From: Octopus vulgaris
Lineage: Eukaryota
NCBI GenBank assembly: GCA_951406725.2
Contig: OX597822.1
Location: 26,350,001 to 26,414,000 of the forward strand
DNA: 64,000 bases
Direction of reading: 5' to 3'
Numbering within the stretch: the first letter of the stretch is position 1; each line of letters starts with the position of its first letter. Shown one piece after another: positions 53,912 through 64,000 of the stretch. The position numbers and the translations under genes are program-made. Under the pieces are notes generated by a model. That model was not told the DNA's origin, searched no databases, and was given only the letters and a program-made list of their open reading frames with translations.

Positions 53912-54279
53912 GAATATAAATGTGTGCAAAGTACAAGAAATATTAATGCAGTATATGGGGATTGGACAATAAGCGTAAGGCAGTGTCAATGGTGGTTCCA
54001 GAAATCCCGAGCCATAAACTACAGCCTAGAAGACGAGCCTCATCCTGAAAGATCTGTAGAACTCGACAAGGACATCCTGAAAACCCTGGTGGAACAAAAT
54101 ATCATCGTAACTGTTGAGGAACTAGCAGAGAAGCTTGGATTTGGTCATTCAACCATTCATTGACACCTGTGTGCTATCGGAAAAGTCAGCAAATTGGGTC
54201 AATGGGTTCCTCACGAACTTTCCGAGTCTAATTGCATGCAGAGAGTGAATGTATGCTTTTCTTTGCTGTCATATCTCAC
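53912..54279 (+). pseudogene. Mariner (Mos1/SETMAR-like) transposase N-terminal fragment
   Basis: RNINAVYGD..ISVRQCQWWFQK...SLEDEP...TVEELAEKLGFGHSTIH*HLCAIGKVSKLGQWVPHELS: HTH domains plus the WVPHEL motif, with an in-frame stop. Confidence 0.88.
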
Positions 54280-54298
54280 CACTACTGCGCTATGTATA

Positions 54299-54860
54299 TC
54301 TATATATATAAAACTGTAGTTGTGTGAGTGTCTGTCCCCTTCGATTTAGATTCCTAACTACTCCCACATTTTGCGGTACAGTTTAACCAAATTCGGGTAG
54401 CTTATAGTCGGGATTCATATCGAGCCCGTCTGAATATTAGCGCGTGTCTACGATGAGTCTACGATTTTAAAAATAATTTAACATCATTTTTTATTCCATT
54501 TTAATGCATAATTTTTTGTGTGTCGATGGCGGCGGAGTTGGCGTCCACGCTCACACCTGCACCTGTGGGGAAGGGAGTGTAAGGAAATCAACGTCGTAAT
54601 GCATTGTCAAGGAGACCAGTGTTCTTTTAGAACAACGACTTCATGGCTTGAAGACACCAAAAGAGAAATGGCTAAGAAAGCGTCTACATGAGTCTACGAT
54701 TTAAAAAAAAATTTACCATCGTTTTTTTTCCATTTTAATGCATTTTTTCGCTATTATATAAGGGAAGTAACTCTCTAAAAATGTCTACGATGAGTCAACG
54801 ATTTAAAAAAAAATTTACCATCATATTTTTTCCATTTTTAATGCATTTTTTGCTATTTTT
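54299..54860 (+). mobile_element. 3'-truncated Helitron with internal tandem units, abutting half of a family-1 piggyBac MITE (54861-54955)
   Basis: 5' TCTATATATATAAAAC; body shared with the 52773 element; gtctacgatgagtctacgattt unit repeated three times. Confidence 0.75.
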
Positions 54861-55327
54861 AATGATAACTAAATTATTTTATTAAATTCTTTGTTATACT
54901 TAAAGTAATTGAAAGAAACACAGAGCATCTCAAAATAAATACAGTAACGAAAGGGTTAAGGCAGTTTAAGAGGATCTGATGAGTTGGAAGACCATGTCAG
55001 ATTCATCATCATCATCGTTTAGCGTCCGTTTTCCATGCTAGCATGGGTTGGACGGTTCTACTGGGGTCTGTGAAGCCAGAAGGCTTCATCAGGCCCAGTC
55101 AAATCTGGCAGTGTTTCTACGGCTGGATGCCCTTCCTAATGCCAACCACTCCGTGAGTGTAGTGGGTGCTTTTTACGTGCCACCCGCACTGGTGCCAGAC
55201 AGAGCTGGCAAACGGCCACGAACGGATGGTGCTTTTTATGTGCCACCGGCACGAGGGCCAGGCGAGGCTGGCAACGGACACGAAACGGGGCGGTGCTGGC
55301 AACGGTCGCGAAACGGAAAGTTCTCTT

Positions 55328-55535
55328 ACATGCCACCGGCACTGGTAACACATCTGCAATTTCCATTGATCGATTTCCATTGATCGATTTTGATTCTGAT
55401 CCTCACTTGCCTCAACGGGTCTTCACAAGTAGAGTTTCGACATGCCACCGGCACTGGTAACACATCCGCAATTTCCATTGATCGATTTCGATTCTGATCC
55501 TCACTTGCCTCAACACGTCTTCACAAGTAGAGTTT
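55328..55535. repeat. Tandem duplication of about 100 bp inside a retroposon
   Basis: acatgccaccggcactggtaacacatc...tcacaagtagagttt at 55328-55437 and 55440-55535. Confidence 0.85.
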
Positions 55536-57019
55536 TGTGTCCCAAGAAGGGAAGGTATGCATACGTAGGCTGGCTCCATCCCATGTAGAAGGCCACGGGT
55601 TATGGACTCACTTGTCCTGCCGGGTCAATGCTTTTTTTTTTTGTGATAGTTTCTACAGCTGGATGCCCTCAGAGTAATAAAGTTTCTATATCTATCTATC
55701 TATATATATATATGCATGTGCGTGTATCCTTGACGATATTTATACATCAATCTTTCTTTCTCATAAATACACAAACACACACACAAATATAAACAAACAT
55801 TGTTTACTTTGTTGTTTAACAAACTTTAGTCAATATCTTCTTTTACTCTCAATACTATATGTAATATATAGATTTCCCATTACTCAATCTAATAATGAAA
55901 GCAGTTTACATTGATAGATTTCTAACCAATGATAATAAAGGCTCTACTTGTGTGTGTATGTGTGTGTGTGCAAAATATATAAAAAAAGCATGGCTGTTAT
56001 AGAAACCAAACAAAGAAACACAGAGAACATAAAAAGCATACGCAATTAACAGGTATCTCACCTTGACTAGTCCATCTTGTTTTCAAAGACTATGTTATTT
56101 AAGGAGTCATTTTTAAACGAATGGAGTGATCTGAGTAAAATTTGACAGATATTTCTAGCGAAATAGTAACAGCTTTGTCCATGGCAACGGGTAAAGTAAT
56201 TTTGGTCACACAGATATTCAAGTACAAAAGGAGTAATTGTTATCACAGATGAATGCTGTTATAACCAATAAATAATTCAATAGTGAAGTTGTCATTGATT
56301 AGTTTTAGGTCAGCTCAGATCAAACAAATCCTTGATCAAAGGCACTGAATATCAGTGTTTCTTCCCTGCCACCTCCAAGAAATGTGTAATAGAATTACAT
56401 TATCCAAAGTGTTCTTTTCTAAGATTGTAGGTTAGTGTGAGGGAGATCTGGCTGCTATTTTTAGCAAGTTCAGTGACCATAAAGAGGTTCAGTCACTAAT
56501 TTTTGCTGCAATTCAACTTGATGATTGACTAAGTGTGCATGTGTGTGTATATGTATGTATGTATGTATATATATATATGTATATATCTTTTCTATTTTTT
56601 ACTTGCTTCAGTCATTAATTAGACTGCAGCCATACTGGGGCATTGCCTTGAAGAATTTCCTAGTCAAATGAATTGACCCAGTGCTTTCTTTTTTAAAGCC
56701 AGGTACTTGTTCTATTGGTCTCTTGCTGAACCACCAAGTTACAGGGCCATAAATAAACCAACACTAGTTTTCAAGCAGTGGGATGTAGGGACAAACATAT
56801 ATATATATATATGATGGACTTCTTTCAGTTTCCATCTTCTGAATTCACTCACAAGGCTTTGATCAACTCAAGACTATAGTAGGAGGCAACTGCTCAAAAT
56901 GCCACACATTGGCACTAAACCAGGAACCATGTGGCTATGAAGCAATTTTTTTTTACCACACATTCATGATACACACACACACATCACTGACATCTTATTT
57001 TAACATATTTACCAAAATT

Positions 57020-57778
57020 ACATGAAAATATCTTGAAATACTAAAGAGTAAATTTATTCAATAAAATCTCCACTAGCTTCAACCATGGCCTCCAGACAGC
57101 TTTGGAATCTCCTGCATGGCCTCCTTGTTTAAGTTGGTGAATGCTGCCATAATCCTTGTCTTCAGTTCATCTTTGTTACAAGGAGTTTTGTTGGTCTCTC
57201 GCTCAGCATAATAATCAAGGGGTCGCAGTCTGCGGATTTAGGTGGCCAGATGTTAGGAGTGATGTAGTTTCAGAAACAGCATGACAGCCATGACTGGGTT
57301 CTCCTGCTTGTGTGGCATGTTGCAGAATCCTGTTTCCAGACACAGGGTCTTCCAGCAGCCACCCACTTCACCCAGGGCAGCACTACTTCATCCAGACACT
57401 TGATGTAGGCCTCCATGTTGTGTCTGAGGCCATGTGGGAAGATGAATGGAAGCATAACATTGCCATCACTAATGATCACTCCAAGCACCATGATGTGCAC
57501 TGGATGTTTGATTTTTATCCCTCTCGGTACACACCCTCGGATTGACACCCAACCACTCTGGAATGTTCGTATTGGAACTTCCAGCATGAATGCCAAGCAG
57601 TTACAGCATGTCGTATCCAAATTTCTAGCAGAGTGAATTGCATCATGATGCTGTTTTTCTCACAGATGGTGCCCAACTGACCCAACTATACTGTGTAGTC
57701 GACAAAAGCAAAAAACAATGCGCATGCATGAAATTAAAAATATAAAACGGCAACAATTTATCCATCACTCCCTTTACA
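57020..57778 (-). pseudogene. Tc1/mariner (maT/DD37D-like) transposase remnant
   Basis: KHPVHIMVLGVIISDG..PFIFPHG...YIKCLDEVVLPW...WKQDSATCHTSRRTQSWL...IWPPKSADCDPLDY, with stops and deletions. Confidence 0.85.
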
Positions 57779-58902
57779 TACATATATATATAATTAGTAT
57801 GCCTATGAAAGATAATTACACAATATCAATGTATGATATAAAGTATACAGCAAAATCACCTGAAGTGAAGAAGCCCTAAACAAATTTAACCCTCTGAGAA
57901 CTGAAATTTTAACAATGGTCAAGTTATATATGAAAACAATTCAAGATTAAGCTGAAGGATTACTCAGTACTTTTTAGTTGAATGCAACAAATACACACAA
58001 AGGTGCATTCCAGAAGTTTTGGGACTTTTTTGTTAGAAGAGGCAATTACAACTGTCTGAGGTTATAGTAATTTCACTATATCACTATGCATCAAAGCTGA
58101 CCTGCCAACTTCTGTTATTCCAGATTGAAGGAAATGTCTGTTAATAGCACTTCGAATATACCCTACTATACACGGCTTGTTACAGCTAACTAATTTGCCC
58201 ACTGCAGTCTGGACATAAAGACTATTAGTAAGTTTGCAATACAATAAAGTTTTGTATTAAACTGAGTAAAAACACTACAGAAACTTATGAGTTGTTACAG
58301 ACTGGGGTGAGAGGAAGAAAGAAAAGAGTATAAAATGAGGGGGTGATGTTATGAAAGAGGGAGAACTGAGAGAGAGTACCTGAGAAGTAATGAGAAATAA
58401 TAAAGGCAGAGTGCAATGGGAGAGAGACATTGATGGCAGCAACATGTTTCCAGGTAAAAGAGTCAAATATAAAATAAGGTCTTGATAGCTAAGCTTCATT
58501 TGTTGAAAAGAAAAAGCAGTGATTATTTACTAATTGCCTGTATTTTAAGTTATATATATTAATTAAAAAGGTAAAATATATAAATACCTTCTTTTAGTAC
58601 ATTTTTTGACTTTATGCACAAAATATTTATATTTCCTCTAAAGTGTGCCACAAGAAAAGATAAGTTTGGGAACCACTGGCCTAGAATTAAAGAAATTTAA
58701 AACTTAGGCTATAGTAAACACTAAAATATTAAAAGTAAAAAAAATAAGAAACATGATGATTAAAGAGATATTTCAAGGTTAAATCAATTTTTTATTCAAA
58801 ACTGGCTTCCGCTTCAAACTAGAATTAAACAGCCAAGTTTTTTCTCCTGCTTCTACTCTTTGAAACTATTTTGCTATATAAGAGCACATCTACCAGTGAT
58901 TC

Positions 58903-58941
<39 letters not shown>

Positions 58942-59114
58942 GATGGGCTTGGAGGTAGTGATGATGATGGCTGGTGCGATTCTGTGGTTTGCTTGTACGC
59001 CGAGAGAGATCCAGCGGGCCCCTAACTGGTTCCCCAATTTTAAAGGTGTAATGTGGATGTGTAATGATGGATTGGCTGATGTGGTGGGGATGCTAGCTGG
59101 TGCAGTGGTCTTCC

Positions 59115-59660
59115 TCACAGTACTTCATGGTAGACAATATTTTGTGTGTATGTCACACCACATTTTTGGCCTTGTCTGTTATCCCAATTGAGTGTCATAA
59201 CTGTTACTTTGATATTGTTCAAATGCAATGTATAAGTGTCCATCAGAAAATACCGGTTGAGGCAAATGTATTCCACCTTTTTCAAATGTTTGTCCTTGAG
59301 CCTTATTGTCATTGAATATGCAAGTCGAAGTGGAAAATGAAGACTGTTTAGTCTGAATGGAATATCTGCATCTCTTGGGCTAAGTTTAATTCTGGGAATT
59401 AGAACTGTATGACCTTTGTTGGAGCTTGTTACCAATGATGGAACCTGTTACACAATGGTCGTGAAGTCTTTGCACTTTCATGCGAGTTCCATTACATAAT
59501 TCTTGACTGATCAAAAGACTTCTTAGCAGCATTACAATAGCCCCTACTTTTAAGTTGAGGCGATGAGGAGGCATACTGGATAGAGTGAGTGAGTTGCTGA
59601 ATTCAAATGAATAGTTCTGAACCTCCTCTTCATTATTGTACGGCACTGCATCTTCTGCTT
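59115..59660 (-). pseudogene. Helitron Rep/Hel PIF1-helicase C-terminal fragment
   Basis: MPPHRLNLKVGAIVMLLR...LCNGTRM...LIPRIKL...PFRL..FPLRLAYSMTI...VFSDGHLY...TQNIVYHEVL*, with frameshifts. Confidence 0.9.
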
Positions 59661-59865
59661 TTAATTTAACAATGTGTATATGTATCTATATATCTACTTC
59701 TCTTGTTATGTGATAAACCTTTAAAAACTCAAAACAAACACCGTCACCACTCACTATCTCTCTCACTTTCTCTCTCTTGCTTTGCCACTTCAAGGAAGTG
59801 TGACACACACAACAGGTACGTACAAAGTTAGTGTATTAATATTATTGATAATAATAATCCTTTCT

Positions 59866-60265
59866 AAGGTGGTGAGCTGGCAGAAACGTTAAGCACGCTG
59901 GGCAAAATGCTTACGTTCGTTCTGAGTTCTAATTCTGCAGAGGTCAACTTTGCCTTTCATCCTTTCAGGGTCAATAAATTAAGTACCAGTTGCTTACTGG
60001 GGTCAAAGTAATCGACTGGCTCCCTCCCCCAAAATTTCAGGCCCTGTGCTTAGAGTAGAAAAAAATAATAATAATCCTTCCTATTGTAGGCAGGAGGCCT
60101 GAAATTTTGGGGGAGGGGGCCAGTTGATTAAATTATCTCCAGTATGCAGGTACTTAATTTATCGACCCTGAAAGGATGAAAGGCAAAGTTGACCTCGGCG
60201 GAATTTGAACTCAAAATGTAAAGACAAACAAAATACTGCCAAGCATTTCGACCAGCATGCCGCTT
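59866..60265. mobile_element. Tail-to-tail inverted pair of family-A SINEs
   Basis: Plus copy 59866-60061 and minus copy about 60075-60265, joined at an (AAT)n tract. Confidence 0.82.
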
Positions 60266-61410
60266 TAATAAGAGATAATAATAAATGTACACACAAACAC
60301 CACAAATAATTAAGCTATATCATTTGTGCCTTCAACCATGTACCAACATATAAATTGACGATAGCACAGTTTAAAAGGGGCAAAGTCAACTAGCTGTGAG
60401 GTCACCGAGTACAGGTAACTTATTTCTCACATCTAACTGGATAGGTCACTTCACTGTCAAATGGAACAGACAGACAGCTATGTACCAGTTCTTGCACTTG
60501 TCAACTTTAGCTGTTTGGGGAGTTGCTTATTTATGTTTTCCTCTTCTATTCTTATTTTTCAAAAGAGAAAGGAAAAATTCCAAAAATAAAAATAATAAAC
60601 ATCTGAAAATGGAAATACTTTTATAACCAAATAAGAGAGATTGAGAGAGAAAGAGAGAGTGAGTGAGAGAGAGAGAGAGAGATATGAAGATAGCAAATTT
60701 TGTGTGTATGTACCCACCCAAATACCTAGCTGTATTTGCTACTTTCCTTTAAATTCTGAGTTTGAACCCTGCCCAAGTTGAATTTGCCTTTTGAAATTTT
60801 GAAATAAGTACTAGTTTAAGAGCATAGTTTTTATCAACTAACCCCTGTGATCCCATCAAAATCTTTAGACTGGAGACAAATGTTAGAAACCAGTATCATG
60901 ATTTATAAGTGTTAGTGATGTGGCATAATTAGTAGTTGTTAGTGGACCATATCTGAATCCATTTTTCATTACTTATCAAATCCAAAAACTTACTCAAACA
61001 GAATTGAGTAGTGCTTCTCATGATTGTGGAGAGAAGATTCTAAGAACTGTAAAGAGAGTGGACAAATTATAATGTTTAATAAAAATTAATATGGTTTAAA
61101 ACTTGTCCAACAGCCACGGCAAAGAAAGAAAAGTTACATGGATGCAAACTCTGTTGTCCTCTCATAAATAAAGAGAAGGCAATACATTTGACTGATATAT
61201 TTTTTTTTTGGGGGGGGGTCTGATATTATGGAATGTGGTACACTTGCCCCTTTGAAGTTTTTAATAATAACAAAAAATGTAAAACTAGTGAGAAAACCCC
61301 CCAAAATCTGGGTGTTCAGATAAAAATATTCTGATATATTTCATAACAAAGTGAAGGTGTATAAAAAGAAATTTTCATGATCAGATTTGTGCTGTCTGAT
61401 GCAATTTATA

Positions 61411-62471
61411 CAGGGTGTTTAATAAAAAAAAAAAAAGACCTAATTTTAAACAGTCATATTTACTGAAGAAAATGCTCTACACAAATGAAACAGTACAAAA
61501 TCGTAAAGCTTCAGAAACATTGTTACAAATGTTCTATGTGCCCTCCAGCAGCCACATGGACAACATCAAAGCAATAGCAAAATGCATAGGAAACACTTTG
61601 CAAGGTGTCTTTATCAATTGAAACAATTGCTGCAACTATCCTGTTTTTAAGCTCATCAAGATCATAAGCTAAAGGAAGAATAAAAATATGTTCCTTAACG
61701 TATTCCCACAAGAAATAGTTGCAGGGCATCATGTCTGGGGATCTTGGGGGCCAAGAGTGTAAGGCCGTATCTAGAGGCCTTGTGTGTCCTAACCAGTGTT
61801 GAGGCAGGGTGTCATTGAGGAAACGCCGGACATTGTTGTGCCAGTGTGGTGGTACTCCATCTTGCTGGATGATGAAGTTGTCTGAGTCTTCATTAAGCTA
61901 TGGAAAGAGCCATGTCTGTAGCATTTCAAGATAGGTTTGTCCACACACTTCCTTTTGTCACCAACACAAAGAGCCAATGCAAATTGTAATCTGTATGGCT
62001 TCATGGTCAAACATTGTCTTAACACATGCCACACAATTGTGTGAAGTAATGCATGTTCTCTGCTAGCGCTGTGAGTAGACTTATGCAGGTTTTGCTCAAA
62101 TGCCTGTTGAATTCTTAGCACATTTTCCTTAGAAGTGCGTGATTGACCTGGACTTTTTCCCTAGCACAAACACCCAGTTTCTTCAAACTGCCTATACCAA
62201 AGACAGATGTTCGTTGACAGTGGTGGATTAACACCAAAACAGTTATGAAATGCACACTGAACTGAAATCACTGATTCACTCTTACTAAACTGTAGAATGC
62301 AAAATGTCTTCTGTTGAGTGAACCAATTCTTGCCAGTTACTCGGGTTTACATTGACGATTACCTAAAACAGTAGACGATGCCAATTTCAGCCACACATCT
62401 TTCAATCACTTGATGCTCGCAATTTCAAAAGGATTATGTTTAAATTCACTCATCCTTTTTGAAACACCCTG
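61411..62471 (-). mobile_element. Tc1/mariner element (DUF4817-HTH, DD37D-like) with decayed transposase
   Basis: TA|CAGGGTGTTT...AAACACCCTG|TA termini; peptides WYRQFEETG, MKPYRLQ, IIQQDGVPPHW and WPPRSPDMMPCNYFLW.YVK, with internal deletion and stops. Confidence 0.9.
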
Positions 62472-64000
62472 TATATTTCATATTTGATTTTCAACTTACT
62501 TTCCCGTCCTACTCATCAATGAAGTTAGTTACGTACCATTATATATTAACTTCAAATTTTGGCACAAGGCCAGTAATTTCAGGGAAGGGTTAAGTTGATT
62601 ACATCAACCCGGTACTCAACTGGTATTAATTTATTGACCACGAAAGGATGAAAGGAAAAGCCAACCTTGGTGGAATTTGAACTCAAAATGTGAAAATGGA
62701 CAAAATGCTGCTAAGCATTTTGCTTGGCATACATAATAACTTGCTACCTTGACTTACCATTATATATTATTGATAAAACAATGGAGCCTTTACATGACTA
62801 CACAACCTGCTAAAAATAATAGCCAATTTTCTCTATAATCACACCCTAGTCCTAGATAAGGAATGTCTATAGAAAAGGACTCGGCCATAAGAATAGCTTA
62901 ATTTACGTTTTAGCAATCAGTATGAGCTACCTTTCAATTAACAAGCAACAAACAGTTTTAACAGATTGCTATGAGATTGTAAAATGGAAATATGAATCAT
63001 CAACATCCGGTGGTCATTTACAAGCTGACTGACTATCCATGTTTTAACTCAGAGCAAGAAGCAAACAAAACAACGTGACAGCTACAACACTGGAATGATA
63101 TGTTTAGGAAATAGTTTTCACCACTAGCTTCTGCAAATAGGATCATGTTCAATAGAAGTGCATCATTTACAGGTTTCACTAAGAATGTCAAATACAAAAA
63201 ATAAAATAAAATGAAATGAAAGGAAATAAAAAATAACACAAAAGTTATACTCAGAAAATTGAAAGCAAAAGAATTATTACTGAGAATTTATATCAAGAAA
63301 AATAAAGCAAAACACAAATTTACAGCAGGGAGTCTTTACATAACCTCTAAGAGTAAAAACATTTATACAAAATGCTGTCAGGTAGAAAAGTTAATTTGTT
63401 TGAGCGAGGAAGAAAATGTGTAAATGTGGTTTAAAAGTTCAACATAATTATAAAGTTAAGTTTATACTAGATACATATCATTAACATAAACTGTAAAGTT
63501 AGGTTCACAGTGAATATATTACTATGTAAATAGAAGATAATTAGTGTCTGGTTATCCAGCCTGAATACAAAGTGTAGAAAAGAATTGATAAATCAGACAG
63601 ACAATAAAAATGATAGGATAGCCTAAATTCACAAAAATTGTCCTCTAAGTAACAGGTAATATAACCAGAGAAATTGAAATTGTCACTGTTATAGAAATGA
63701 ACAGAACTAACAGAACTTAGAAAAGAAAAGATCAAAAACAAAAAGCAGAAACACATTTCCTGACTGATTTTAGCTCTACATTCCATACATCTGCAGATTG
63801 GAGGGTATAGTATGATGTCAAACCAAAGTAGAGTATAGCATATCTAGGCTGATTGACCCATGGGTTGCGATAAGAGTTATTTTTAATATTTTTATATACA
63901 ACATGTGGTAAACTTTAATGTTGTTGATACAGGGTGCCTGTGAATGAGCTTATATCTCATGCTCTGCATTTCTGAGAGACAGAAATGTCTAACCCAGAAC

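Noticed and set aside
56058-56100. Strong minus-strand donor AAG|GTGAGA as a possible RER1 first exon
   Set aside because: It lies in sequence resembling a dispersed degenerate repeat, with no promoter features.
58001-58244. Possible mariner 3' end (TIR-like aggtgcattccagaag; FLQSGI peptide)
   Set aside because: Too degenerate, and no second TIR was found.
63033-63239. Minus-strand ORF following a pyrimidine tract and AG
   Set aside because: No recognisable protein and no convincing donor site.

Overview
AT-rich, repeat-dense animal genomic DNA. The SINE repertoire points to a cephalopod, probably Octopus; this is my recognition, not a database result. One protein-coding gene is well supported: RER1 (Golgi-to-ER retrieval receptor) on the minus strand. 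It has six coding exons (37997-37929, 30933-30829, 26846-26750, 22602-22521, 20111-19976, 17897-17808) with GT-AG junctions, giving 579 nt and 192 aa; its first exon and promoter were not located. The rest is transposon debris: tRNA-derived SINEs, RTE and CR1 fragments, Tc1/mariner remnants, an internally deleted piggyBac with matching MITEs, Helitrons and a 2-kb Merlin-like element. Most notable are (i) several Penelope-like fold-back insertions with hammerhead-ribozyme motifs, including one near-intact minimal hammerhead at 853-904, (ii) an 18S rRNA V4 fragment inside a RER1 intron, and (iii) a candidate upstream exon that splices in frame to RER1. Almost all entries in the ORF track are spurious. 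I found no clearly new biological system; the findings are mostly uncharacterised instances of known element classes.
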